Shown here: piece by piece, positions 11,394 through 24,011 of the stretch
Layout of the letters: every line of letters begins with the position of its first letter
Position numbering within the stretch: position 1 is the first letter of the stretch
NCBI GenBank assembly: GCA_963828525.1
Contig: CAWHEP010000014.1
Span: 192,001-256,000, forward strand
Source: an uncultured Verrucomicrobiae bacterium
Lineage (GTDB): Bacteria; Verrucomicrobiota; Verrucomicrobiia; Chthoniobacterales; Chthoniobacteraceae
Reading direction: 5' to 3'
DNA length: 64,000 bases
Notes under the pieces: model-generated
Seen by the model: the letters and a program-made list of their open reading frames with translations, nothing else
Database searches by the model: none
Told to the model about the DNA's origin: nothing
Made by a program: the position numbers and the translations under genes

Positions 11394-11579
11394 GTGGATC
11401 TGATACTCGAAGCCACCGTTTATTGCCCGTACTGCGGCGAGCCTTTTGACATCTCCGTCGACACGTCACAGGGAGATCACTCCACGATTGAGGATTGCGC
11501 GGTTTGCTGCCGGCCTATTCAGCTTGCAATCAACTGCGAACCGGGCGAACAGCCCGTTGTCGACGCGATCCCGGCTTAA
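11394..11579 (+). CDS. CPXCG-motif cysteine-rich protein
   Basis: CPYCGE...VDTSQG...IEDCAVCCRPI. Confidence 0.85.
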   Translation: MDLILEATVYCPYCGEPFDISVDTSQGDHSTIEDCAVCCRPIQLAINCEPGEQPVVDAIPA

Positions 11580-11617
11580 TCGCGTCGCGGAGACTGCATG
11601 CGCTCCGGTACCGCGTA

Positions 11618-13879
11618 TCACTTCGCCTCGTCCTTCTTCTTGAGCTTGGCAGCGGTATCCTGCAATGCCGGGTTGGTCGCCGAGTAGGCCTTCCACGCGG
11701 CCTCTGTCTTCTTCCGGAATTCTACCCGTTCCTCCGGGGACCAGAGCTCAATTTGCTGCCGCCAGCTTGCAAGCAGGTCTGGAGTCGCTCCGCCTGCGAC
11801 CGCGGCCCGATAGGCCCAAAGATAAAACGGGAGCGCTACAGGTGTGGCGCTGCGTTTCTCCCAAATGCCATCCAGCCTTCCCCATAAACCACTCGCGGCT
11901 GCCACCAACTCGGAACGATTGGCCGGGGCGCTCTCATCCGGTTCTGGCGCGTCGAAATTGGCGCCAGCCAGCGATGGGATCTCCTTCGGGGTGTCCAGCT
12001 TCTCACCGCTTAGCTGCTCGATGAAAATCCCCATGAGCTTCGTCACGTAGCTGTGATTGCGGCGGATGATGAACAAAAACTTCCCGGGGCCGTTCAGAAT
12101 GAACTGTTTGTACACCCCTCCTCTGAAATCCGTCACCCGGGCTCGGGCGAGCGGAGGCATTGATTCCTCGCTGGCGGAGCCGTCCGCCCATGGGTGGAGT
12201 TCAACCGTATAGTCGCAATATTGGCTGTTCCCATTACTCGTGTGGGGATTGTTGAAGTACAGGCTTGCACAGTGGAGACCGGCGGGGATGCCGGTGATCA
12301 CGTGAAGGTCGGGGCCCTCCCAGGAGGACGCGTAATTGCCTTTGTAGCTTCCGTCGTTTATTTCACCATTCACCCGCTTCCCAACAAGAGGATCGTAGAG
12401 CGCGTATTCGTCAGCAGCGGAGGTGACGAGCGTCGGGGTATTTCCCTGCTTTGAGTGACTCCCCGTCCTCACCTCCACCGTGTCCCTGCTGTCGGACGAG
12501 AGTTCCTGCGCGTGGCCGTGAAGAGCGTAAAGAATGGCGAGGCTATGCCCATACCGTCCAACCCAGTCGCCTCCCGTGCGCCAATCGTCGCCTAGAAACT
12601 CGCCATCGCCGGCGGCCAGTGGCTGGCGCATTCCATCCAGGTAGGTGGAAATCACCGCTATGGAGTTTACATCGGGGGGTTTGACAGGGGAGGGGAGCGG
12701 CGCGGAAGGAATCGGCGCGCTTGTATCTTTGGCGGCCGATTCAGACGACGGTAATTCTTCAATGCCCCCGGCTTCATCTCCATAGAAGGCGACCATTGCT
12801 GGCAGCTTGGGAGGGAATAGGAAAGCCCGCGCTGCCCGGGCAGGCATCTCCCCTTCACCGCCGCCGGAAGCGATCGACTTTCCTGTTGCCAGATCGCGGA
12901 TTTCGAAACCTCGCTGGCGGTAGCCTATGTAAAGCTTACCGCCCGCCTGGCCGAGAGAGTTCACCCAGTCCTGCCTCAGGAGGATCTTCTCCGCGCCCGC
13001 GGGCAGTGGCTCGATCTTCAGGGGTGACGCCAGGCCTCTGACGTTCTTTTCCCAATCCATGCCCCGGATGAAGCTTCCATCCCCGGCCGCGAGCACATGC
13101 CCTGCTCTGGCAATCGCCGGGTCGAAGCTCGCGATTCCCGAGGGAGTTGCGCACATAAGGAAATTCTTGGCCGAGACCGCAACCACCAGGGAGTTGATGA
13201 GAGGGCTTGGCAGGCCGGGCCCGATGGCCGCGCCCGGCATCTGAGCCGGGCCGGGTATCAGCGTCCACTTGCCGTAGTTCGAACTCGCGGAGGCCGCTGC
13301 GATCCCATCGCATTGGGTACCCGCAAAGATGTTTCCTTCGGCGTCGAATGTGATTGCCTGGATCTGATTGGAGGGCAGACCTGAGGTTATGGTGTAGTAG
13401 TCCCACTCGTCGCGCTTCGCCGAATACCTTGCCAGCCCGCAATCGGTTCCCATCCAGACATCACCGTCCTTCGGGCATACCGCGATGGCAAAAATGCGAT
13501 CTCCAAGCGGACCGTCGAGAAAACCGTAATTCTTCCATTTCTCGCCATTCCACACGCTTACACCGTGGTTTCGATGACCAGCCCACACGCGGCCACTGGC
13601 GTCTGTGGCGAGCGCGCGCGTGTCATTGTCTCCCAGCCCCTCACTCGTCGTGAACTGCGTCCACTTCTTGGTCGCGGCATCGTATCGCCAGACGCCCTTG
13701 TCTTCCGTTCCAACCCATACTTCGTTGTCGCCACGCGCGGCGAGGCTGGTTACCAGATGGCTCTGCGCGGCTGCGTTCCAGCCAAGAGCGGGGCGGTGAT
13801 CGCCCTCTCCAGCGGCGGCCACGCTTAACAGCGCGACAAACACGGACAGGCATCCTAGGGAGCGTAAACTCGGTGACAT
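11618..13879 (-). CDS. Secreted beta-propeller (two-component regulator propeller-like repeats) protein with uncharacterised C-terminal beta domain
   Basis: Signal peptide; repeats VWVGTEDKGVWRYD, GLGDND.RALATD..GRVWAG, GLPSNQIQAITFD.EGNIFAGT. Confidence 0.7.
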   Translation of the reverse strand: MSPSLRSLGCLSVFVALLSVAAAGEGDHRPALGWNAAAQSHLVTSLAARGDNEVWVGTEDKGVWRYDAATKKWTQFTTSEGLGDNDTRALATDASGRVWAGHRNHGVSVWNGEKWKNYGFLDGPLGDRIFAIAVCPKDGDVWMGTDCGLARYSAKRDEWDYYTITSGLPSNQIQAITFDAEGNIFAGTQCDGIAAASASSNYGKWTLIPGPAQMPGAAIGPGLPSPLINSLVVAVSAKNFLMCATPSGIASFDPAIARAGHVLAAGDGSFIRGMDWEKNVRGLASPLKIEPLPAGAEKILLRQDWVNSLGQAGGKLYIGYRQRGFEIRDLATGKSIASGGGEGEMPARAARAFLFPPKLPAMVAFYGDEAGGIEELPSSESAAKDTSAPIPSAPLPSPVKPPDVNSIAVISTYLDGMRQPLAAGDGEFLGDDWRTGGDWVGRYGHSLAILYALHGHAQELSSDSRDTVEVRTGSHSKQGNTPTLVTSAADEYALYDPLVGKRVNGEINDGSYKGNYASSWEGPDLHVITGIPAGLHCASLYFNNPHTSNGNSQYCDYTVELHPWADGSASEESMPPLARARVTDFRGGVYKQFILNGPGKFLFIIRRNHSYVTKLMGIFIEQLSGEKLDTPKEIPSLAGANFDAPEPDESAPANRSELVAAASGLWGRLDGIWEKRSATPVALPFYLWAYRAAVAGGATPDLLASWRQQIELWSPEERVEFRKKTEAAWKAYSATNPALQDTAAKLKKKDEAK

Positions 13880-13895
13880 AGGGGGGTGGTGAACA

Positions 13896-15140
13896 TTACC
13901 TCCTAACCGCCCGAAGATCATCCAGCAAAACCGCCATCGAGGTTCCGGCTATCCAGCCGGTGGTCCACGCAGCCTGGAAGTTGAAGCCGCCCGTGATGCC
14001 ATCAATGTCCAGCATCTCGCCCGCAAAAAAGAGGCCCGGACAAATCTTGCTCTCCATGGTCTTGAACTTCACTTCGGGCAGCCTCACTCCTCCGCATGTG
14101 ACAAACTCCGCTTTGTTCGCGCTTTTCCCTGTCACGCCCAATTCCGTGCAGGTCAGCAGCCGGGCGAGGTTCTGTCTGCCCACCCGCGGAAGTTCCGTCC
14201 AGCGCGTGGATTCGGCAATGCCGGCGTTTTGCGCGAGTCGCTCCCATAAGCGGCCTGGCAGCGGACGCATTGGCGTGCTTCTCACCAGCGCCAGCGGTTG
14301 AGCCACTCGCATGGAGCGCAGTTCATCCTCGGCCTGCTCGCGTGTCAGGCGTGGCAGCCAGCTTACCTGGAGCGGAAAACGGTAGTCACGCGCGCGCAGG
14401 AGCCTCGCGCCCCACGCCGAAAGCCGCAGTATGGCTGGGCCGCTCATTCCCCAGTGGGTAAAGAGCAACGCTCCCTCCTCCGCGAGACCTTCACCTGGCA
14501 CGGAAGCCCGCGCGCATTCGACCGAAGTGCCCGCCAACTCCCGTACCCACGTGTCCTCTATGTGAAAGGTGAACAGAGAAGGAACGGGCATTTCAAGGGT
14601 GTGCCCAAGGTCCAGGGCAAGGTCTCCGGTTGAACTGCGGCTGCCCCCCGTCGCGAGCAGCAACAGATCGCATTCCATGGACTCGCCGGTGCTAAGTTCC
14701 AATCTGAAGCCTTTCCCCTCCAGCCGATTGACGTGGTTTACACCGCATCGTGTTCTGAGGATAACACCGGAGGCGGCCGCGCTTCGCAACAGGCAGTCAA
14801 TAATCGTCTCGGAAGAATCCGTCTTGGGAAACATGCGCCCGTCGTCTTCCGCTTTCAGCGCGACTCCCCGGCTTTTGAACCATTCGACCGTGTCGGAAGC
14901 CTGGAATTGCTGCAAAGGGCCGATCAGGGCTCGATTGCCTCGGGGATATTGCTCAGCCATCGCCCGCGAATCGAAAGTCGCGTTTGTGACGTTGCATCGG
15001 CCGCCCCCCGAGATCCTCACTTTGGAGAGAAACTGGCTGCTCTTTTCAAGCAGCACCACCTCGGCTGCCGGGTGACCTTCGGCGCACGCAATTGCGGCAA
15101 AGAAGCCCGCCGCTCCGCCACCGACTATTACAACTCGCAC
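13896..15140 (-). CDS. HI0933/BaiN (YhiN) family NAD(P)/FAD-dependent oxidoreductase
   Basis: GGGAAG, KVRISGGGRCNVTN, GRMFP, FTHWGMSGPAIL, GE.LDIDGITGGFNFQAAW. Confidence 0.92.
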   Translation of the reverse strand: MRVVIVGGGAAGFFAAIACAEGHPAAEVVLLEKSSQFLSKVRISGGGRCNVTNATFDSRAMAEQYPRGNRALIGPLQQFQASDTVEWFKSRGVALKAEDDGRMFPKTDSSETIIDCLLRSAAASGVILRTRCGVNHVNRLEGKGFRLELSTGESMECDLLLLATGGSRSSTGDLALDLGHTLEMPVPSLFTFHIEDTWVRELAGTSVECARASVPGEGLAEEGALLFTHWGMSGPAILRLSAWGARLLRARDYRFPLQVSWLPRLTREQAEDELRSMRVAQPLALVRSTPMRPLPGRLWERLAQNAGIAESTRWTELPRVGRQNLARLLTCTELGVTGKSANKAEFVTCGGVRLPEVKFKTMESKICPGLFFAGEMLDIDGITGGFNFQAAWTTGWIAGTSMAVLLDDLRAVRR

Positions 15141-15198
15141 CCGCCCAACTTCAAGCCTTGGAACTCCTCAAGCGAGGAGATTTTCAAGGGAGCCAGGA

Positions 15199-16080
15199 TT
15201 AGTAATCTCGCTGCAGCAAGTAGTCCGCGATCTCGCGGAGAGTTCCTGCGTCCGCGCCCAGGGGGTCCAGCGCCAGGCGCGCGGCCTGGGTGAGCCGTTG
15301 CGCCTCCACTCGGGACTTTTCAAGTCCGAAGACTGCCGGGTAGGTGGCTTTTTCCGCGTAGACATCCTTGCCGGCGCTTTTGCCGAGTTTCTCCGTTGTT
15401 TGCGTGACGTCCAGTATGTCATCGATGACTTGAAATGCCAGGCCCAGGGCCTTTCCGAAGGATGTCAGGCTTTCTAACCTTGCGGGCGTGGCATTCGCGC
15501 TCATCGCCCCAAGCCGTATGGATGCGGTGAGAAGAGCGGCGGTTTTCGATTCATGAATGAATTGTAGTTGCCGGGCGGCGATCTTCTTTCCTTCGCCTTC
15601 AAGGTCCGCGACCTGCCCGCCGATCAGCCACTTGCTGCCCGCCGCGACAGCCAATTCTGGTACTAGCGCGGGCATCCTGTATCGCGGCCAGCCTTCCGCC
15701 TGTCCGACCAGTTCAAAAGCGAATGTCAGAAGGGCATCTCCCGCGAGAACCGCGATTCCCTCCCCAAACACCTTATGGCATGTTGGTTTGCCGCGACGGA
15801 AGTCATCATTATCCATGCAGGGCAGGTCATCATGGATCAGCGAATAGGTGTGGATGCACTCCACGGCACACGCGAGCGGCACTGCTTTTGCCACTGCGCC
15901 GCGGCAAGCTTCCGCCGCTGCGAGGCATAGGATGGGACGGAGCCTCTTTCCTCCCGCGAACATGCTGTAGCGCATCGCCTTATGGATGGTGGAGGGCTTT
16001 ACCGATACCTTCGGAAGATACTCCCGCAGCGCTTTGTCGATCATGCGCTGGCGCGCGTTCAGGTAAGTGTCCAGGTTCAT
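15199..16080 (-). CDS. ispA: Polyprenyl (farnesyl/geranylgeranyl) diphosphate synthase
   Basis: GGKRLRP, SLIHDDLPCMDNDDFRRGKPT, FQVIDDILD, GKD...KATYP. Confidence 0.92.
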   Translation of the reverse strand: MNLDTYLNARQRMIDKALREYLPKVSVKPSTIHKAMRYSMFAGGKRLRPILCLAAAEACRGAVAKAVPLACAVECIHTYSLIHDDLPCMDNDDFRRGKPTCHKVFGEGIAVLAGDALLTFAFELVGQAEGWPRYRMPALVPELAVAAGSKWLIGGQVADLEGEGKKIAARQLQFIHESKTAALLTASIRLGAMSANATPARLESLTSFGKALGLAFQVIDDILDVTQTTEKLGKSAGKDVYAEKATYPAVFGLEKSRVEAQRLTQAARLALDPLGADAGTLREIADYLLQRDY

Positions 16081-16190
16081 TTCCGCGCGACTTTGGAAAA
16101 ATGCGCGGGCGAATGCAATTGGAATAGCGCGAGCAGGACGCAATCCGCCCGTCTGGTTGCAATCATGTCCTTTTGTATTACTTTTATCGC

Positions 16191-18167
16191 ATGCCGCTTT
16201 TCCAGCTCGACGGGCTTGCTCCCAAAGTCGCGCTGAATCGTCCCAGGCAGGGTTCATTGCTGCTCGGTGTCCTCCTCAGTTTCTTCACCCTTTGCGCCGC
16301 TGACGCCGCTCCTGTCTTTGCTGACGCGGCGAAGGTTGCCGTGGAAGGCTGGCGAAAAGCAGAGGTTCGTCCCATGGGAACGAATGTCGGTTCGCGGGCT
16401 CAATCAGTGCAGACCGAGGTGGATGCCGCAGGGCTGCCTCTTTACCACGTTGTCTTTATGACGGATGACGGGAAGGCGGTGAAGGGGTACGTGATTGTCG
16501 CCGGCGATGACGAAGCGGAGCCTGTGCTGGCCTTTTCTTCGGGGACAACCTTTCGCGCCGACAACCCGCTGAGATTCTTGTTGCAGAGGCATATGCCGAA
16601 ACTCCTGGGAGCTTTACGCCAGGCTGGTTTCAGGAAACCTCTTCTGCAAACAAGAGCCGCGGTGGCCAGGGCGAAGTGGGAGACTCTTAGGGGACGTCGG
16701 CAGGGCGCCGCGCCTCAATCAGGCGCGCCTTCCCAATCTGCGGCGCCTCCGCAATCTGATACCTATGTCGCGCCCCTCATCCAGTCGGCATGGAGCCAGG
16801 ATACGTCGGACGACACTCTGAATGGTCCCGCGTGTTACAACTACTATACTCCACCCTACGCTTCCGGAAACAGCAGCAACTACCCTTGCGGGTGCGTTGC
16901 TACATGCTTCGCGCAAGTAATGCGCTTGTGGCAATACCCCACGACTGCCGTCGGCCAGCCAGTCTTTGACATCACCATCAATAACACTCCCACAACGGCC
17001 AGCCTGCTGGGTGGCGATGGGAAGGGCGGCGCGTACGTGTGGGCAAATATGCCTTTGGTTCCCTCGAATGGCGTGACTCTTGCGCAGGCGCGGCAGATCG
17101 GCGTGCTATCGCACGATATGGCCGTCGCTTCCATGATGGATTTTGAGATGAACGGCTCTTCCGCCCTCATGAGCGACGCGGCCACCGCGTTGGTGAAAAA
17201 CTTCCATTTCGGCGAAGCGATGGACGTTTACACGAACACCTCCGATTCGCAGACAATGTCAGCGCCGCTTCTCCTGAGCATGTTGACGCCCAATCTGAAC
17301 GCCGGATTTCCAGTTCTCCTCGGCGTTCGAGATCCCCAAAACGACGGACACGCTCTTGTTTGCGATGGCTACGGCTACAACGGGGGAACTCTTTACCACC
17401 ACCTCAACTTGGGTTGGGGTGGCGACGCCAACGCGTGGTACGCGCTTCCGACAATCAATACCGACGTGGACAATTTCAACGTGGTGGATGAGTGCTCGTT
17501 CAACGTTTTCCCGACCGGCACGGGCGAAATCATCTCCGGGCAAGTCACGAACGCCTCTGGAGCGCCGGTTCCTGGGGTCGTGGTTACCGCGACGCGCATG
17601 CCTGGGAAAAGTTATTCGGCATCTACGAACTTGAAAGGCATCTATGCCATCACCCATGTGCCGTCCTCTTCAACTTTTACAGTAAGCGCGAGTGGTACAG
17701 GGTATACGTTCACCAGCAAATCTGTCGCGACGGGAGCTTCCTCATCCGGCTCTCTCGGCCAGGGCGGCGCGGTGGGTGATCAATCCAACATCAATTTCAC
17801 CGGCGCGCCGGATCCATCCTTTTTCGCCGGGGCGGTTTCTCTCGGGAGTGGTGTTGAATACCTGTCGTTCCCCGACGGAAACGTATTCGGTTACTACACG
17901 AACGCTTCCTTCCCCTGGATTTACCATTTTGACATGGGCTACATGTATTACTTCGACGCGCATGATGGCAAAGGGGGCGCTGATTTCTACGATGCGACGA
18001 GCGGGCACTTCTTCTACACCAGCCCCGCCTATCCCTTCCCGTACCTCTACGATTTCACCTTGAAAGCTGTTCTGTATTACTACCCGGATCCGAACAATGC
18101 GGGGCATTACACGACCAATCCGAGGTATTTCTACAATACCGCGACTCAGCAAATCATTGCGCAGTAG
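16191..18167 (+). CDS. Secreted C10 (streptopain/SpeB-like) cysteine peptidase with pro-domain, carboxypeptidase-regulatory-like domain and aromatic C-terminal domain
   Basis: Pro-domain GYVIVAGDD..EPVLAFS; catalytic GCVATCFAQVM, GHALVCDGY, HLNLGWGG; start codon uncertain (16173-16191). Confidence 0.85.
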   Translation: MPLFQLDGLAPKVALNRPRQGSLLLGVLLSFFTLCAADAAPVFADAAKVAVEGWRKAEVRPMGTNVGSRAQSVQTEVDAAGLPLYHVVFMTDDGKAVKGYVIVAGDDEAEPVLAFSSGTTFRADNPLRFLLQRHMPKLLGALRQAGFRKPLLQTRAAVARAKWETLRGRRQGAAPQSGAPSQSAAPPQSDTYVAPLIQSAWSQDTSDDTLNGPACYNYYTPPYASGNSSNYPCGCVATCFAQVMRLWQYPTTAVGQPVFDITINNTPTTASLLGGDGKGGAYVWANMPLVPSNGVTLAQARQIGVLSHDMAVASMMDFEMNGSSALMSDAATALVKNFHFGEAMDVYTNTSDSQTMSAPLLLSMLTPNLNAGFPVLLGVRDPQNDGHALVCDGYGYNGGTLYHHLNLGWGGDANAWYALPTINTDVDNFNVVDECSFNVFPTGTGEIISGQVTNASGAPVPGVVVTATRMPGKSYSASTNLKGIYAITHVPSSSTFTVSASGTGYTFTSKSVATGASSSGSLGQGGAVGDQSNINFTGAPDPSFFAGAVSLGSGVEYLSFPDGNVFGYYTNASFPWIYHFDMGYMYYFDAHDGKGGADFYDATSGHFFYTSPAYPFPYLYDFTLKAVLYYYPDPNNAGHYTTNPRYFYNTATQQIIAQ

Positions 18168-18279
18168 GGCTGTGCGGCACGAAGACGCTTGCTTCCCGGC
18201 AGGTCTCCTCACTGCGAGGACTCCTCGGATCGCCTGACGCGAAAGAGCATCCGACTGCTCTTCCATACACTACTCTTCT

Positions 18280-21148
<2,869 letters not shown>

Positions 21149-21277
21149 GTAGATTTCGGTGAGCTGATGAGGGCGCTGTGCTAGTCCGAAACGCGGTCGT
21201 ATCTGAAATACTCTGGGTAGTCGTCCAAATAACCGAGCCACATACCCGCGTCTTCCCAAAAAGTGAATCCAACGGAT

Positions 21278-21498
21278 TGCATGATGCGCAACGCCTAATT
21301 GGATCTCCGGCGATGGTCAACAGGCTCATCGGGCTTAACGGCAAGTTCAATTCTCCGCCTTCTGCGAGCTGAGTGACCGCACCGCACGGCCTGCCCCTTG
21401 AAGAAGGGCGATCTGATTCAAGCACTTTGGCGAACCTCATCGGGCAGTTGATGCTTCGTCCCTGCCTTTTTGAGCGCGGCGAGGGCAAATTCCCCGCG
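21278..21498. repeat. Copy A of a ~220 bp diverged direct repeat (copy B 22385-22598, immediately upstream of tRNA-Ser)
   Basis: Shared blocks ACCGCACGGCCTGCCCCTTGAAGAA, GGCGATCTGATTC.AGCACTTTGGC, CCTCATCGGG.AGTTGATG, AGGGCAAATTCCCCGCG. Confidence 0.9.
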
Positions 21499-21568
21499 CT
21501 GCTTTTATAGGACTTGGAGCAAGACGATCCAGGCTCACAAACTGATTAGGAACCGCTGCTTGAAAGCC

Positions 21569-21606
21569 TATTTGGAACAAGGGCGTCGCCGCCGCGCCCT
21601 TGTAAA
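21569..21606. repeat. Hairpin element copy A (TATTTGGA-ACAAGGGCG-loop-CGCCCTTGT-AAA); copy B 22248-22299
   Basis: 17 bp identical TATTTGGAACAAGGGCG in both copies with a complementary arm. Confidence 0.8.
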
Positions 21607-21643
21607 TCCCCATGCTCGGGAGGAAATGATTTCGCTCGCTACG

Positions 21644-21968
21644 CTAAATTGTAATTTCGATGAATTCTCCCCGCTGCATTTCGTTGATAGAGATTGCGAT
21701 TTCTTGCGCCTTGACTTGAATGCGCGGCCAGCTTGTGGAGAGCAAAACGACAATCGCGATATTCCTGCCGGACAGATTCTTGCTGGTACTTCAAATTGGT
21801 GTCTGTCGTGACAAAAACATCGAACGCTTCATTTTCAGCCGACTGGATCAAATCGCAATTTTTAAGAATGCTCCATCCCATTTCATAAGCGGTCAGCACA
21901 AGATGCCCGGTCAGAGAGAGCGACGCGACTGGCGTTCCCTGGTCGAATAGAATCTTAAGCGACCGCAA
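21644..21968 (-). CDS. DUF5615 PIN-like (VapC45-like) toxin, frameshifted
   Basis: KILFDQGTP...AYEMGW..LKN..LI..AE...FDVFVTTD.NLKYQQN; overlaps DUF433 gene. Confidence 0.8.
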
Positions 21969-22173
21969 GGCTTTGACTCGCGTGCTCAAGCACCGCTTCC
22001 GCTTGCGCCTTAGTTACACCGGGGAACCATTCGAGGAAGTCATTTACACGCGCGCCCTCTTCGAGATTCGCAAAAAGCGCCGAGACAGGAACCCTTGTGC
22101 CACGAAAAACCCATGAGCCACTCACCTTCTCAGGGGAGCGCTCAACGGCTGGACATGACGACCAATCAAGCAC
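21955..22173 (-). CDS. DUF433 antitoxin
   Basis: PEKVSGSWVFRGTRVPVSALFANLEEG...DFLEWFPGV. Confidence 0.9.
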   Translation of the reverse strand: MLDWSSCPAVERSPEKVSGSWVFRGTRVPVSALFANLEEGARVNDFLEWFPGVTKAQAEAVLEHASQSLAVA

Positions 22174-22247
22174 TGAAGCAGGATAACCGGTTGCGACAAA
22201 ACATCAAGATTTCGCCTTCCGGCGCGCGCGTTGCTCCTTTTCCGCTT

Positions 22248-22299
22248 TATTTGGAACAAGGGCGCTCTTGGGGGCCGCGCGCGATCCCGCTCTTGTAAA
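22248..22299. repeat. Hairpin element copy B (ACAAGGGCG...CGCTCTTGT-AAA)
   Basis: Same left arm as 21569; right arm has a C>T change compatible with G-U/G-T pairing. Confidence 0.75.
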
Positions 22300-22384
22300 G
22301 GACGCCTCTCATACCCCAGTTCAGCGCGTCCGCAGAATGCGGGAATCGCGCTCGACGAAAAGTCGCGGTGGAGATCACGAAGGC

Positions 22385-22598
22385 TGCATGATGCTCATGG
22401 CTTAATTGTGAACCCGCGCGGTGATCAACAGCTCATCGCCATTAACATCAAAGGTCAATTCTCGGTTCTGCGAGCTGCCTGACCGCACGGCCTGCCCCTT
22501 GAAGAACGGCGATCTGATTCGAGCACTTTGGCAATCCTCATCGGGAAGTTGATGGTTCGTCCTTGCCTTTCAAGCGAGGGAAGGGCAAATTCCCCGCG
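22385..22598. repeat. Copy B of ~220 bp repeat; includes the presumed tRNA-Ser promoter region
   Basis: See 21278-21498; ends 7 bp before tRNA 5' end. Confidence 0.9.
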
Positions 22599-22605
22599 TT
22601 GATCC

Positions 22606-22693
22606 GGTGAGGTGGCTGAGAGGTCGAAAGCAGCGCTTTGCTAAAGCGCCGTACTCCAAAAGGGTACCGAGGGTTCGAATCCCTCCCTCACCG
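22606..22693 (+). tRNA. tRNA-Ser(GCT), CCA not encoded
   Basis: GGTGAGG/CCTCACC acceptor stem, GCGCT-TTGCTAA-AGCGC anticodon arm, long variable arm, GGTTCGAATCC. Confidence 0.96.
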
Positions 22694-22769
22694 CGCCGTT
22701 CATTACGAGCTACTTACACCGCTGGACGGTGGAATATTGCAGGCAATGGAAAGAATTTGCGCGATGACA

Positions 22770-23959
22770 CTACGGCGCGGCTTTGTGAATGCAGTCTTTG
22801 ATATATTCCTTCGCAGCTTCAAGTTGATCCTTTGAGAAGTCCCTCATCTGAGTCTTTGTGCCCCATACAGTTAAAAATGGCTCAAAATCCCGTTCGCGAA
22901 GCCGAAATTCGGCTCGTGTCGTGCTTTCTGTGTTACCCATTTTAACGAATTCGAGCCCCCACGAGAGATCGTGCCCTCCGATAGTATGTTGCAAGATATC
23001 TCCAGCCAATTCGCCCCCCGCCGCATTCGGCTGGAGGTTGTCCTCCTCTGCATAGTCGAGGGTGAACTGTATCAGTTCTTGGTAAGTGGAGCGCATGAAT
23101 TGTGCACACTCGATTTCTTTGGCAGATGTAGAGGGAGGCATTGGCGGTAGGGAAGGAAACGAGACTTGCAGTTTGAATGGTTGAGTTGTCGCAGGAGCAG
23201 GCGGTTGGCTACGCGGAAGCGGCTGGCCGAATCCTAGTCCTCCGATGCCGCCCCCTCCAAGCTTGCGCGCCAAGGAACGAGGTTTCCACCGTTTCCTCGG
23301 TAAATTGAACCGCGAGCACAAATTCTGATCCATGAGGTGGATATGATTTCGCGCGTGCGCGCACGCCCAGTGCCCGAGTGCCGCGTCGGCATCAATCCAA
23401 TCGCCTTCAACGTATCGAACAGGTGGGGTTTTCTATCCGTCACATCTACTGGAAAAATGATACACCATTGGTCATTCTTTGAACGAATTTCCCGATCTAC
23501 ATCGCGACCGGGGTCGTAGCCATTCTGATGAACGAACTTGTTCCGCATCCGGATAATCACATCGCTTTCCGGACTCCAGTAGCATTGGAGACCATCGCGA
23601 ATCGCGGGTCGGACTTCCCCGTCAGGCGCCCGATAATTGCGCAGCAACTCGATCATCTCCTCTGATGACGTCTGCCTCCGGAAGAATTTGCGCACATCGT
23701 TCCATGCGCCCGGTGTTGTGGCCAAAATGTCCGAAAGTATCGACTGGCAGTATGAATTCAGAGTATCGGCAGCGTGACAGACTTGAAGAGAACCCAGGTA
23801 AAATTCGAGGGCGTCATTGTATTCCAGATTGACGGGCGAACAGCCGGGATAAACCCCATCATTTCGCGCAGCATCGCTCCGGATGAACCCATTCACTACG
23901 TGCGACTCCATCAGCCGCTCCAATGCGCGGCCGGCGTGCGGGGAAAGTCCCTTTGACAT
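22770..23959 (-). CDS. Hypothetical protein with RxxxxH (HEPN-like) motif; one gene split by frameshift near 23430
   Basis: IIRMRNKFVH motif after helical region; alternative frame PVRYVEGDWIDADAALGHWACAHARNHIHL joins directly to ORF 22770..23333. Confidence 0.55.
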
Positions 23960-24011
23960 CCCTGAAATCCTACCCGATACCGCAACGGGGTTCATGGGAA
24001 TTCTCGAATTA

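Noticed and set aside
22770..23959. Integron integrase, because the gene lies divergent from the cassette array
   Set aside because: No tyrosine-recombinase motifs (HxLRHSFATHLL, LLGH, TTxIY) in any frame.
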